From Acidobacteriota bacterium (GTDB lineage Bacteria > Actinomycetota > Acidimicrobiia > Spongiisociales > UBA5794), in assembly GCA_022562055.1 (NCBI GenBank), contig JADFQA010000007.1, positions 3,680 to 67,679 of the forward strand: a stretch of DNA of 64,000 nucleotides, written 5' to 3'. Shown here piece by piece: positions 28,315 through 38,416 of the stretch. The first letter of the stretch is position 1, and each line of letters starts with the position of its first letter. The notes under the pieces were generated by a model. It was not told where the DNA came from. It worked only from the letters and a program-made list of their open reading frames with translations, and ran no database searches. A program made the position numbers and the translations under genes.

Positions 28315-29571
28315 TTAAGCCGGCGATTCGGTACTCGCTGGAGAAGTAAACCCATCGTCGACCCCATTGAGCACGATGCGTGCCGCAATGATGAACAGCG
28401 TCAGACTTCCAAGCGCGGCCGCCCTTGGCCACCCGAATCCGTCTACTTGGATCGCCCACACCAATGGGCCAAGAAGTGTCGCAAACCGACCCACCATGGC
28501 GTACAATCCATAGAACTCGCCGAGGTGTTGCGGCGGCGCAATGGCCGTCATATACACGCGGTCGGATGACCAGGTGAGTCCCAATGCAATCCCTGCGCCG
28601 ATTCCGATCAGTGGAGCCAGCGACACGAGGCCTGCGATCCCGGCGGTAACCGCTACCGCAATTGTGAAGATCCACAGATACAGGGTGCCATGGAGTACCC
28701 GACGAGGCCCGTAACGATCGACCAGACGGCCTCCGCCGATGCCTCCGGCGATTGAGAACACCACCGAGATACCAAGCAAGCTGCGGATTTCGGCGTCGGT
28801 CATCCCGAGGTCCTCCTTGGCGTAGATCGCGAGAAAGCCGCCGATGATCGTGTTGATGGCATCGGTGTATAGGAACCGACCGACGAGAAATCTGGCGACC
28901 TGTGGGTAAGCCCGAGCCCGCTGCCAGGCCTGGACAAAGTGGCGTGGGATTGATCGAACCCGCGGCCGATCGCCGGTTTCAGTGTGGAGCCGCGGTCGTT
29001 CTTCGATCCAGATGAATGACGGCAATGCAAACAGCAAGAACGCGATCGCGATCGCCTTGAAAACGGCCGGGTAGCCGTACGAGTCCAACAACACTGCTCC
29101 GATGATCAACGCAAGCGCTGATCCGAAATACCCGACACCGACTCCGAGGCCCGAGACGCGGCCACGAGTCTGTGGGCTAGAGACATCGGGCAGCAGCGCG
29201 TTGTAAGGCACGCCGCCCAGATTGAAACCGATCACCGCAACCGTGAACAACGCGAGCGATGGGTAGAGACCGAACGATCCTAGGAAGAACGTCGCCGTCA
29301 CCGCGAGCAGCGTCGTCGGGATGAGCAGCCGTACGCGTTTTCCGCTGAAGTCACCAAGTGCCCCAACCCATGGCGCCAGGATTATGACCACCGCCATTGC
29401 AACGTTGAGAGCGACGGCCAGGTTGGTGTCGGAGCCACCAACCTCGTTCATCCAGGTCGGGAAGTAGAGGCTGCCGACACCGAGTGCGAATATCGTGTTT
29501 GCCAGGTCATAGGTAACCCACGAAGCAACGGAGCGGCGTGAGGCCTGTCGATTGGAGGGCGATTTGGTCAC
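28315..29571 (-). CDS. MFS transporter (UMF1/Atg22-like)
   Basis: 12 predicted TM helices. N-terminal WVTYDLANTIF is similar to the second MFS at 47848-49203 (WAMYDWANSAY). Confidence 0.8.
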   Translation of the reverse strand: MTKSPSNRQASRRSVASWVTYDLANTIFALGVGSLYFPTWMNEVGGSDTNLAVALNVAMAVVIILAPWVGALGDFSGKRVRLLIPTTLLAVTATFFLGSFGLYPSLALFTVAVIGFNLGGVPYNALLPDVSSPQTRGRVSGLGVGVGYFGSALALIIGAVLLDSYGYPAVFKAIAIAFLLFALPSFIWIEERPRLHTETGDRPRVRSIPRHFVQAWQRARAYPQVARFLVGRFLYTDAINTIIGGFLAIYAKEDLGMTDAEIRSLLGISVVFSIAGGIGGGRLVDRYGPRRVLHGTLYLWIFTIAVAVTAGIAGLVSLAPLIGIGAGIALGLTWSSDRVYMTAIAPPQHLGEFYGLYAMVGRFATLLGPLVWAIQVDGFGWPRAAALGSLTLFIIAARIVLNGVDDGFTSPASTESPA

Positions 29572-29603
29572 CCGAGGGACCGTAGCTGATCGAGTCTGCG
29601 CTG

Positions 29604-29969
29604 TCAGGCGTCGAGTAGCTTTTCGATGCGTTCGCGTAGCTCGGTTGGTCTGAACGGCTTCGTCATGAACTCGTCCGCACCACCTTGTGCTGCCTGTTCT
29701 GCGATCTCCGGCTGTGCATGAGCGGTAAGCACCAGTACCTTGATGTTCTTAGTTTCCTCGCCGGATCTGAGGTGACCGAGAACCTCCCACCCATCCATGC
29801 CGGGAAGGCCAATATCGAGCACTATTACCTCAGGAAGCGACTCTCGGGCCGCAGCGAGACCGAGGATGCCGTCTTCTGCTGAGGACAGTTCGACGTCAAG
29901 AGCCCTGAGGCACACCTCGATCAATCGTCGGACGCTGGCTGAATCTTCTATGACGAGAACTTTTGGCAT
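29604..29969 (-). CDS. Single-domain response regulator (CheY-like receiver)
   Basis: KVLVIEDS...VIVLDIGLPGMDG...KVLVLTAH receiver motifs; no output domain. Start trimmed to avoid overlap with the divergent kinase. Confidence 0.75.
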   Translation of the reverse strand: MPKVLVIEDSASVRRLIEVCLRALDVELSSAEDGILGLAAARESLPEVIVLDIGLPGMDGWEVLGHLRSGEETKNIKVLVLTAHAQPEIAEQAAQGGADEFMTKPFRPTELRERIEKLLDA

Positions 29970-30068
29970 GGGGTGTCCAATATCGGGCATTTCAATGTTC
30001 TCCTTCACCTTTTTATGTCGTCTGCCGACAAAGCTGTTGCGACCACTGAAGGGAGGCGCCGACCTCGT

Positions 30069-31838
30069 ATGCCCCGATCAATCTACCAAAGCGAGCAGCG
30101 TGGCGCGGCAAGTTCTCTTGTCTACGCGACCGGGCAGACTGGACGATTGGTCGGAGAAGTGTTCGGTGCTCTCGAAGAGGGCGTGCAGGTCCCCCACTTG
30201 GCTACGGTCGTTGCTCGAAATCTGGCGTGCGCCGCCGAAGCAGGCCGCGCTACCGTTATTATTTGGAACACTGATGGAACCGTCTGGGCTGGGGCGACTC
30301 GCCTCTCCGACGGCACACCTGACCTCCATTTGTGGGCTGCACTCCATGCTCGGTTCAGGGCAATCCCCGCGGTGACCAGGGCGATCGACGAACGGCTCAT
30401 TGTGCACGCCACAAACTTATCGGACTCCAAGGCGACTGCATGGATGTCGGCATTGAGCATCGAGACAATCGCGGTGGTACCGCTTGTGCATCGCAACGCC
30501 GTAGTGGGTGTCGGGCTCATTGACGGCATCGAGCTACCGATTCCCCAGCATGTGACCAGGAGCATGGAAGCAGTTGCCGCTGCCGGCGCCGGCGCCATTG
30601 CTCTCGCAAACACGGTCGCTCGAGAGCGGCAGGAATGGCAACGAGCCAACCAGGTGCTGACAACAGTCGCGCGCGCTGCGAGTTCGCTTGACGCTGGGAG
30701 CGTGCTGAATGCCATAGCCGAGGGGATCGGCGAAGCACTCGGCGACCGGTTGTCGATGGCATTTCTGGTGGCGGATGGCCGGGCGACTCGCCTTGCAATC
30801 AGCGGAGATGGTGTTGGTGCAGTCGACCTTGCAGACACGCTCGTTGGGCGTGACGACACGCGGATGTCGGGTGTTGGGCCCATGTTGTTGTACCCGGATC
30901 TTGACAATGAGCCAGAGCTCTCGGTGCTCGGATTTGGTAGGCTTTTAGTAGCTCCGCTGCGTCGTGGCGCGCTTGATCTGGGATGGGTCGTGTCCGCGGA
31001 CGCTTCCGACACGCCGTATTCATCTGATGATGTTCGTGTTACTTCGGCCATCTGTGCTCAAGCCGCATTGTCTTTACACACCGCGTCGCTGCTCGAAACG
31101 GAGCGCTCTACGGTGGCGAGGCTTGAAGATCTTGATCGCCTTAAGACGACGTTCGTCGGTGCAGTGTCGCACGAGTTGCGGACGCCGTTGACGGCGGTAA
31201 TTGGTTACGGCGAGATACTTGCCGAGTACACGGACGACCCGACGATTGAGATGTTTGTCGATGAGATGCGTCGGGAGGCCGGTGTTCTCGAGTCGATGAT
31301 CGGAAATCTTCTTGACACCACTCGGTTGGAGGCGGGAATGCTCCAACTCAACCGCGGGGTCGTTGAGATTCCGGAAATTGTCGAACGAGCTATCGAGGTC
31401 GTTCGACACGGCCACCGTACGCGGAAGATCTTGTTCTCCGAACTGGGGACGAGGGGCATGTGCTCGGGCGACGCGGCACGCCTACGACAGGTGTTTGTGA
31501 ACCTCATCGAGAACGCGGCGAAGTATTCGCCAAGCGAGATGCCGATCGACGTTTCAGTCGAATGGGGGATCTTCACAAGTCTTGGCCCCGTCGTTCGCAT
31601 AATCGTCGACGACCGTGGCCCGGGGATCCCTCGCAGCCAGCGCGACGCCATCTTTGAGAGGTTCTATCGCTTGGCGGCCGACAGCGGCACCCCGGGAACC
31701 GGAATCGGGTTGTACCTTGTCCGTGCCCTCGTCGAGGCACACGGGGGAGCCGTCGAAGTTGTCGACCAACCGGGTGGAGAGGGTACACGATTTGTCGTTG
31801 ACCTCCCGGTCGATGTTGACGACGACCCAGCGGACTGA
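30069..31838 (+). CDS. Cytoplasmic sensor histidine kinase with GAF domains
   Basis: HisKA H-box FVGAVSHELRTPLTAV. HATPase N (NLIENAAKYS), G1 (DDRGPGIP), G2 (GTGIGLYLV) boxes. No TM segments. ATG at 30069. Confidence 0.8.
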   Translation: MPRSIYQSEQRGAASSLVYATGQTGRLVGEVFGALEEGVQVPHLATVVARNLACAAEAGRATVIIWNTDGTVWAGATRLSDGTPDLHLWAALHARFRAIPAVTRAIDERLIVHATNLSDSKATAWMSALSIETIAVVPLVHRNAVVGVGLIDGIELPIPQHVTRSMEAVAAAGAGAIALANTVARERQEWQRANQVLTTVARAASSLDAGSVLNAIAEGIGEALGDRLSMAFLVADGRATRLAISGDGVGAVDLADTLVGRDDTRMSGVGPMLLYPDLDNEPELSVLGFGRLLVAPLRRGALDLGWVVSADASDTPYSSDDVRVTSAICAQAALSLHTASLLETERSTVARLEDLDRLKTTFVGAVSHELRTPLTAVIGYGEILAEYTDDPTIEMFVDEMRREAGVLESMIGNLLDTTRLEAGMLQLNRGVVEIPEIVERAIEVVRHGHRTRKILFSELGTRGMCSGDAARLRQVFVNLIENAAKYSPSEMPIDVSVEWGIFTSLGPVVRIIVDDRGPGIPRSQRDAIFERFYRLAADSGTPGTGIGLYLVRALVEAHGGAVEVVDQPGGEGTRFVVDLPVDVDDDPAD

Positions 31839-31974
31839 TCGGCGCCGTTTGTGACCACCGTCCGGTGATCGCCACCGCTGCCCGTCGGCGCCGGATATCG
31901 TAAACTCTTGCTGTGATCATGTTGACTGTCAGTGGCTCCTTCACGGGAGGCATGACGGCGTAGGAGGCTGGGAA

Positions 31975-33522
31975 GTGTTGCAACCGTACGTCAGCGAGTC
32001 CTACTCGGACTTCAGCGATAAGGGGACCGCCGCCGCCTATCGCAACGCTCAGTCTGTCGTTGAGGGGCAGCTTGGTGTGTACTGCCCGGTGGTTATTAGC
32101 GGTCGATCCATCAACACCGCAGCAACTACAACGTCGGTGAACCCGGCCCACCCAGAGCAGGTTGTCGGAACCGCGGCGGTCGCGACAAGCGCACTGGCCG
32201 ACGACGCGTTGGTTTCAGCGTGGGCGGCCTTTCCGGCGTGGTCAGCTACACCTGCGCACGAGCGGGCCCAAATTGTGCACCGCATCGGTGACCTGATGAA
32301 CGACCGGAAGTTCGAATTCGCGGCGTGGATGACGTACGAGGCCGGCAAGAACTGGTCCGAGGCTGAGGCCGACACAGCCGAGGCGATCGACTTCTGTCGC
32401 TACTACGCACACAGTTCAATCGCGATGGCTAAACCGGTGGAAACCGCCGACTTCGCTGGTGAATCCAACATCTCATGGTATCAACCCCTCGGTGCCGGTG
32501 TGGCGATTCCGCCCTGGAACTTCCCGCTGGCGATATTGGTTGGGATGTCGATTGGGCCGATCGCAGCGGGAAACACAATCGTGCTCAAGCCCGCGTCAGC
32601 GACGCCTGTCATTGGATACATGTTCTCGGAGGTAGCTGTCGAAGCCGGGCTTCCTCCGGGGGTTCTCAACTACCTTCCCGGTCCGGGATCGGACATCGGG
32701 GATGCTTTGGTAGACAACCCGCGGACACGGTTCATCAACTTCACCGGGTCAAAAGAGATAGGTCTGCGGATCGCCGAGCGAGCGGCCGTTGTCGGCGCGG
32801 GTCAGAAGTGGCTAAAACGTGTTTATGTTGAGATGGGTGGCAAAGACGCACTGATCGTCGATGAAACGGCGGACCTCGAAACCGCAGCCGACGATGCTGT
32901 GCGCAGCGCGTTCGGGTTTCAGGGTCAGAAATGCTCGGCGTGCTCACGCCTGATTGTGGTTGACGAGGTGTACGACGATGTCCTCGATCATGTGACGAGG
33001 ATTGCGAGCGAGCTATCGGTGGGAGACCCGACCGAGAACCATGCAGTAGGTCCACTCATCTCGGCAGCACAGCTCAAATCGGTACGGGCTGAGATCGATC
33101 TCGGCCGCAGTGAGGCAGAACTGGTGTTGGGTGGCGAGGCGGTCACCGACAGCGGTGGGTATTACCTTGCACCAACGGTATTCGCTGACGTCGAACCAAA
33201 CTCCCGACTTGCTCAGCACGAGATATTCGGACCGGTGCTGAGCGTGATCCGAGCGCGTAACTTTGACCATGCACTCGACATCGCCAACGGCACCGAGTTC
33301 GGTCTCACCGGCGGACTGCACACGAGTGACCGTGACCGAATCGAACGCGTGAAACGAGAGTTCCATGTCGGCAACCTCTACATCAACCGCAAGATCACGG
33401 GAGCTCTCGTCGGTATTCAGCCATTCGGCGGATTCAACATGTCTGGCTCGAACGCAAAGGCCGGTGGACCCGACTACCTGAGACTGTTCATGGAAATGAA
33501 AACCGTCGCCGAACGTCTATAA
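31975..33522 (+). CDS. pruA: L-glutamate gamma-semialdehyde (1-pyrroline-5-carboxylate) dehydrogenase, RocA/PruA type
   Basis: 515 aa aldehyde dehydrogenase with near-identical blocks to remembered Bacillus RocA (EADADTAEAIDF, PWNFP, FTGS, EMGGKD, GQKCSACSR, FHVGNLY.NR..TGA.VG.QPFGG.NMSG). GTG start after AGGAGG. Confidence 0.9.
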   Translation: MLQPYVSESYSDFSDKGTAAAYRNAQSVVEGQLGVYCPVVISGRSINTAATTTSVNPAHPEQVVGTAAVATSALADDALVSAWAAFPAWSATPAHERAQIVHRIGDLMNDRKFEFAAWMTYEAGKNWSEAEADTAEAIDFCRYYAHSSIAMAKPVETADFAGESNISWYQPLGAGVAIPPWNFPLAILVGMSIGPIAAGNTIVLKPASATPVIGYMFSEVAVEAGLPPGVLNYLPGPGSDIGDALVDNPRTRFINFTGSKEIGLRIAERAAVVGAGQKWLKRVYVEMGGKDALIVDETADLETAADDAVRSAFGFQGQKCSACSRLIVVDEVYDDVLDHVTRIASELSVGDPTENHAVGPLISAAQLKSVRAEIDLGRSEAELVLGGEAVTDSGGYYLAPTVFADVEPNSRLAQHEIFGPVLSVIRARNFDHALDIANGTEFGLTGGLHTSDRDRIERVKREFHVGNLYINRKITGALVGIQPFGGFNMSGSNAKAGGPDYLRLFMEMKTVAERL

Positions 33523-33608
33523 CCAACAGCTGCGCTCATCGAGATGCGCCAGGTTGACGTTGGGAACTGCGATAATGCCGAGCACGGCGTCGGTAAACAG
33601 GTGGACTA

Positions 33609-34760
33609 GTGAGGCAACGGGGTTGGACGATGGTTGCAACCTTTGCGGCTCTGTCTCTTGCGACTGCCTCCTGCGGCACCGTGGAGCCTGCGATCGCCGG
33701 AGCCGCCCCGCGTGGAGTACCGTCGACCTTGCCGCCGCCGACAACGACAACAACGCAGGACCCGGCGCTCACCGCGACCGAGGGTTACATCCGCATACCC
33801 CCCGGCGGTGCGGATCTCTACAACAGCGCAAACGGATCTGTGGTGCAGAGCATTGCTGAGGGCTTGACACTTGGATTCGTTTCCCGATCAGGCGAATGGC
33901 TCGAAGTCATTACCACCTGTGGGACGACAGCGTTTGTGACCGACACCCAAGTTGTGTTGTTCCCACGGGCCGCCATTTCCACAGGGACTGATTTATCGAA
34001 ACTGGTGATCGTCATCGACCCAGGTCATGGCGACAGGGATTGGGGTGGTGTTGGGCCCACCGGTCTGTCTGAAAAGAGCGTGAACCTCGACATCTCGGCC
34101 CGCCTCGCGTCTCTCCTCGAAACGCCGCATGACATTGACTTCACCACCGGAGAAGTGACCGTTGGAACGACCTACCCAGCCGTGCACGCTGCGTTGCTCA
34201 CACGATCTGCCGATGGGCCCAATGATGGAGACTACGAACTTGGCCTTGCGCACCGCGCCGGACTGGCCAACGCCGCAGGAGCCGCCGCCTTGATTTCGAT
34301 TCACAACAACACCGTACCCCTGAAAAAGACCGACAAGCCGGGTACCGAGGTGTACTACTCACTGGCCGCGGAGGACTCCGATCGGCTTGCGGGACTCGTG
34401 TATGACGAACTCGTCAAGTCAGTGGCCTCATTCACCGCTGAGTGGACCGGTGGAATCTCGCTCGGCGCCAGAGCGAGGCGAGACCCCGACACCGGCAGCG
34501 ACTATTACGGACTCCTCCGGCGGGCGACAATGCCGGCGGTGATCGTCGAAGGTATCTACATTTCAGAGCCGGAGGAAGAGGCACTGCTCAAGACGGATGA
34601 GTTCCGACAGGCCTACGCCGTCGCGGTGTATCGCGGCATCGTTCGATTCTTCACGACGAGCGACACGAGCACAAGCATTCAAGAGCCTGAACCGTTTCCC
34701 GACGATGCGGGCAAGTTGTCGAATCGGGCATGCCAAGTCCCCACACAGCCGGCGAGTTGA
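33609..34760 (+). CDS. N-acetylmuramoyl-L-alanine amidase (Amidase_3) lipoprotein with N-terminal SH3-like domain
   Basis: Lipobox LSLATASCG; VIVIDPGHGDRDWG, ISIHNN and EGIYISEPEEE amidase_3 motifs. Confidence 0.8.
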   Translation: MRQRGWTMVATFAALSLATASCGTVEPAIAGAAPRGVPSTLPPPTTTTTQDPALTATEGYIRIPPGGADLYNSANGSVVQSIAEGLTLGFVSRSGEWLEVITTCGTTAFVTDTQVVLFPRAAISTGTDLSKLVIVIDPGHGDRDWGGVGPTGLSEKSVNLDISARLASLLETPHDIDFTTGEVTVGTTYPAVHAALLTRSADGPNDGDYELGLAHRAGLANAAGAAALISIHNNTVPLKKTDKPGTEVYYSLAAEDSDRLAGLVYDELVKSVASFTAEWTGGISLGARARRDPDTGSDYYGLLRRATMPAVIVEGIYISEPEEEALLKTDEFRQAYAVAVYRGIVRFFTTSDTSTSIQEPEPFPDDAGKLSNRACQVPTQPAS

Positions 34761-36037
34761 CGGTGGAACGTATCGTTTTGCGGTTAGCCCTCGTGGCGGC
34801 ATTGGCGGTATCTGCGTGTTCCGTGGGTGGATCAGGTTCGCTGCGGGACGAGTCTGCGCCGCTCGGTACGTTGACGCCACTCACAGTTTCGTCAACGAGC
34901 ACGAGTACAACGTCGACGACGACCACCACATCAACGACCAGCACAACCACTACGACGGTCGTGCCAATTGGAGTCCCCGAACCATTCACATTGCCGGTCC
35001 CTCCAGCACCTGGACTCGAGGACGGTTTTTCTGGGACCGGCATGGCGACAGTCCCCGCCGGGGGTGCGGCAATTTATGACATCGGCGGGCAAACGCAGCA
35101 AGTACTGGCACGCGAGGGTCTCGTGTTTGTCGTCACTGGGAGCGCGGTAGGCGGGTGGCTTGAGATAGTCACAATGTGCGACACACGGGCCTGGGCGAGG
35201 GCTAGCGACATGTTGCTCTCGGGTCCAGGGTCCGGCGGGGACATCGGCAAGAGTTTCGATTTCTCTGAAGCCGTGATCGTGCTCGACCCGGGGCACGGAG
35301 GTCCGTCGAATATCGGTGCCGTCGCCGTGACCGGACTCAAGGAGAAAGATGTCAATGTTGACATAGCCCGACGCGCCCGTGACCTCTTTGCCGCTCCACA
35401 CAACGTGGATTGGGATGAGGGGACGGTTTACACCGGCACGCAAGTGCCTGCAGCGGCACGCATCATTGTTACCCGGACCGGCTCTGACGAACTTGCTGAC
35501 TATGAGGCCGGGTTGTTCTTTCGAGCAGAGCTCGCAAACGCAATGGGTGCCGATGCCTTCGTTGCCATTCACAACAACGCTGGGCATGACAGGGTTTCGG
35601 AGGCCCCCGGATCTGACGTGTACTACCAGAGTCAGATCGATGATTCTCGTCGATTTGCGACGATCATGGTCGAGGAATTCAACCGGAGTTTCGCACCGTT
35701 CGGTACCGACTGGGTAGGGGTCCAGGACACCGGAGCAAAGTCGAGGCTTTCTACGAAGAGCCCCGGCAAGCAGTACTACGGCGTTTTGAAGCGGACCGAA
35801 ATGCCGGCCGTAATCGCTGAGGGTGCATTCATGTCCAGCAGGTCTGAGGCCGACCTGCTCGCAACTCCTGAGTTTCGTCAGGCATACGCAGAAGCCGTGT
35901 ACCGGGCGGTCGTACGGTTTCTCACGGATGATGCTTTTGGCGACGCACCAAGTTTCGACCCAAAGACCTGGAGCGGGTTCGCCGGTTCAGGTGATGCCAG
36001 ACCGACGTGCAAAATTCCGTCGCAAGACGATTCGTGA
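34757..36037 (+). CDS. Paralogous N-acetylmuramoyl-L-alanine amidase (Amidase_3) lipoprotein with Ser/Thr-rich linker
   Basis: TTGA start/stop overlap with the upstream paralog. Lipobox LAVSACS. STSTSTTSTTTTTSTTSTTTTT linker. Same domain order as the upstream gene (VIVLDPGHGGPSN, AIHNNAGHD, EGAFMSSRSEAD). Confidence 0.75.
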   Translation: MTVERIVLRLALVAALAVSACSVGGSGSLRDESAPLGTLTPLTVSSTSTSTTSTTTTTSTTSTTTTTVVPIGVPEPFTLPVPPAPGLEDGFSGTGMATVPAGGAAIYDIGGQTQQVLAREGLVFVVTGSAVGGWLEIVTMCDTRAWARASDMLLSGPGSGGDIGKSFDFSEAVIVLDPGHGGPSNIGAVAVTGLKEKDVNVDIARRARDLFAAPHNVDWDEGTVYTGTQVPAAARIIVTRTGSDELADYEAGLFFRAELANAMGADAFVAIHNNAGHDRVSEAPGSDVYYQSQIDDSRRFATIMVEEFNRSFAPFGTDWVGVQDTGAKSRLSTKSPGKQYYGVLKRTEMPAVIAEGAFMSSRSEADLLATPEFRQAYAEAVYRAVVRFLTDDAFGDAPSFDPKTWSGFAGSGDARPTCKIPSQDDS

Positions 36038-36115
36038 CACCGTACGCATCGGCCTGTGCATGACACCGCTTGGATGTCGTTGCTCACACGCGGCCTCCAT
36101 CGAGAGGGCGAGCGG

Positions 36116-37030
36116 TTAGGAGTCCGAGTACACCAGCCGGTCGATCACGGTGCCGCCCGGCGTCTGCAGGATCACCGTGTCTCCGCCGTTGTTCCACACC
36201 GATCGACCGTTGCACCAAAAGACGTCCCGGGTCGTGTCGTCTCCGCACCCGGAATGGAGGCGGACTGACGTTCGCGCTGCGAGCACATACCCGTTCGGGA
36301 ATCTGAATCTGTGCGAAGACGATTCATCGCGGACGATGAAGTCGCCGATATCGATATCCTCTGCACTACGGTTGGTTATCTCGATCCATTCCTCGACGAG
36401 GTTCTCGTCATCGGGACCTGGGGGGTTCGCCTGGAGGCCCGAGATTTCTAGGTCGGCCGGGATGTCACCGCAGACCGTCAGTCCCCACATGCCGCGTGCC
36501 TCCGCAAAGGCTGCGGCCTCGACGTCTTTCAACTGGGCAGCCAGGGTCGTATCGTCTTGTAGCGCCAACGCATATCCGTCTTTGACAAGGTCGGCGTTGA
36601 CGAGCGATGTCGGCGTAAATAGAAAACGCAAGAGACGTCCAAAACGGTCGGCGTCTTCGCCGTCGGAAACGAGCCACACGGTCGTACCCGCAAGCTCGCT
36701 CAGCCGGTCGCCGGCCTCGGTACCGAAACATTCATCTCGTTCCGGCGCGTTGATTCCGAGTAGGCGAACTTCCTCCTGGCGGCCGTCAATGTCCACCAGC
36801 AATGAGTCCCCGTCGAAGACTTTGATAACAGCCGCTTGCACGGAACCCTCGGGTTGTGCAATGGTTGTCGAGGGGCCGGAAGGAGCGCTCGTATCGGCTG
36901 GCGGAGTCGTTGATCGTCCGGGAGATGCGGAGTCTGCAGTCCGATCGGGTGTGGTGAAGGGAGCGCCGCACCCCGCCGCGATCAGCGCAAGGACCACAAC
37001 GGGCGCAGCAACAGTACGGATGATTCGCAT
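36116..37030 (-). CDS. Secreted thermonuclease (SNase-like) lipoprotein with C-terminal lamin-tail domain (LTD)
   Basis: Lipobox LIAAGCG. SNase motif VIKVFDGDSLLVDIDGRQEEVRLLGINAPE. C-terminal EEWIEITNRSAEDIDIGDFIVRDESS...FPNGYVLAARTSV resembles LTD. Confidence 0.8.
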   Translation of the reverse strand: MRIIRTVAAPVVVLALIAAGCGAPFTTPDRTADSASPGRSTTPPADTSAPSGPSTTIAQPEGSVQAAVIKVFDGDSLLVDIDGRQEEVRLLGINAPERDECFGTEAGDRLSELAGTTVWLVSDGEDADRFGRLLRFLFTPTSLVNADLVKDGYALALQDDTTLAAQLKDVEAAAFAEARGMWGLTVCGDIPADLEISGLQANPPGPDDENLVEEWIEITNRSAEDIDIGDFIVRDESSSHRFRFPNGYVLAARTSVRLHSGCGDDTTRDVFWCNGRSVWNNGGDTVILQTPGGTVIDRLVYSDS

Positions 37031-37090
37031 GCCGAAACGCTAGCGCCTCGCACGTCAACGGCGCGTTCGTGCGTTCCGCCTTCAACTGGC

Positions 37091-38416
37091 CTAGGCGAAC
37101 ATGGGGAGGACTTCGTATGAGCCGCCCAACAGCGTCTCGTGGTCAGCTTTGAGCCAACCACCGAGGATCGATGCGTAGTACGAGCGCGTGTCGAGCGTGT
37201 TGGCCACGTTGCCACGTTTGTCAAGGTTGGTGAGGCTTGCGGGTTCGCCGTATCGGCCGCCGTTGAGAGCCCCGCCGATCACCATGTGGCTGCTCGCAGT
37301 TCCATGGTCTGTCCCAGATCCGTTCCATGCCGCCCTCCTACCGAACTCCGACGTTGTCATGACGGCGACGTTGCTGCCACGACCAGCGGCGTCGACCGCT
37401 GCAAAGAAACTCTGGAGCGCAACGTCGAGATCCATGAGGAGGTCGGTTTGCCGGCTCGCCTGATCCTTGTGTGTGTCGAAGTCGCCCCAGCCATGCACAT
37501 AGATGACGCGAGGCGGGACAGGGGCAACGGTGAGCGCTGCGGCCACCCGCATTGACTCGCCAAGGCTGGAACGATCGGTGTCTTCTTCGGGACCGTCGCC
37601 GCTGGCTTGCAAGATCGAAGCAACCTTGTCGGCAGCTCCCACGGTTGCGGCGATAGCGGCCCGTACACGATCGATCACAACGGTGTCGTCGAACGGCGCT
37701 GGAGCGAATTGGCCCCACATACCCATGAGTTCGTCGTTCGTGTCCACCCATGGCGGCAACGTGGGACTGAGCCCCGACATGTCCTGCAGGCCGATGACCG
37801 TTGCATTCGTAGCGAGCATTGCGGGGGAGATTCCAGGTCCGACTGCGACGCCCGCGAGCGGGTCTCCTGCGCCGACGGTGCCGTCGAGATACCTGCCGAG
37901 CCACCCTGTCCCGGTGAGGCCATCGGGCGAACCGGACCACCATGTCGCCATCGAGGCGAAGTGGGAGAGATCGGGGCTTGGATACCCGACCCCCTCCACT
38001 ATCGCCACCTGGCCCGCTGCATAGCGCTGAGCGACAAACGCCAAGGAAGGGTGCAAGCCCAACTCTGCATCCAACGCGAGCGGCTCCTCGATCGCCATCG
38101 TGCGGCGAAGGTCAAAATAGGCGTCCTTGGAGTACGGGATGAACGTGTTGAGGGCGTCGTTGCCGCCACCCATTTCAACAACCACCAAGGTGCGATCGAT
38201 ACGCGGCGCAAGCGTGGTCGACGGCGTGAGGGTGCCCGCAGTGGTTGTCGTGGCGGCTGGTGTATTCGTTGACACTGCCGTGTTTGTTGGGTTGGCGCCA
38301 AAAGTTTTGATGGTCCAGCTTCCGATCGCGCCGACCGCGACGGTTGCTCCGAGACCGGTAACGAACCTTCTTCTGGTGAATGCCTTCTTCGAGAGGTCGG
38401 GTGTTGAGTTTGTCAT
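37091..38416 (-). CDS. DUF1501 family protein (alkaline-phosphatase/sulfatase-like fold) with Tat signal
   Basis: Twin-arginine motif TRRRFVTGLGATVAVGA; the remaining sequence matches the remembered DUF1501 profile (VVVEMGGGNDALN..., TSEFGRR...GTDHG). Confidence 0.8.
   Translation of the reverse strand: MTNSTPDLSKKAFTRRRFVTGLGATVAVGAIGSWTIKTFGANPTNTAVSTNTPAATTTTAGTLTPSTTLAPRIDRTLVVVEMGGGNDALNTFIPYSKDAYFDLRRTMAIEEPLALDAELGLHPSLAFVAQRYAAGQVAIVEGVGYPSPDLSHFASMATWWSGSPDGLTGTGWLGRYLDGTVGAGDPLAGVAVGPGISPAMLATNATVIGLQDMSGLSPTLPPWVDTNDELMGMWGQFAPAPFDDTVVIDRVRAAIAATVGAADKVASILQASGDGPEEDTDRSSLGESMRVAAALTVAPVPPRVIYVHGWGDFDTHKDQASRQTDLLMDLDVALQSFFAAVDAAGRGSNVAVMTTSEFGRRAAWNGSGTDHGTASSHMVIGGALNGGRYGEPASLTNLDKRGNVANTLDTRSYYASILGGWLKADHETLLGGSYEVLPMFA

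Noticed and set aside
29973-30068. Histidine-kinase ORF start overlapping the divergently transcribed response-regulator start
   Set aside because: Divergent genes cannot share 5' coding sequence. Internal ATG at 30069 was chosen for the kinase and M14 (29969) for the regulator.
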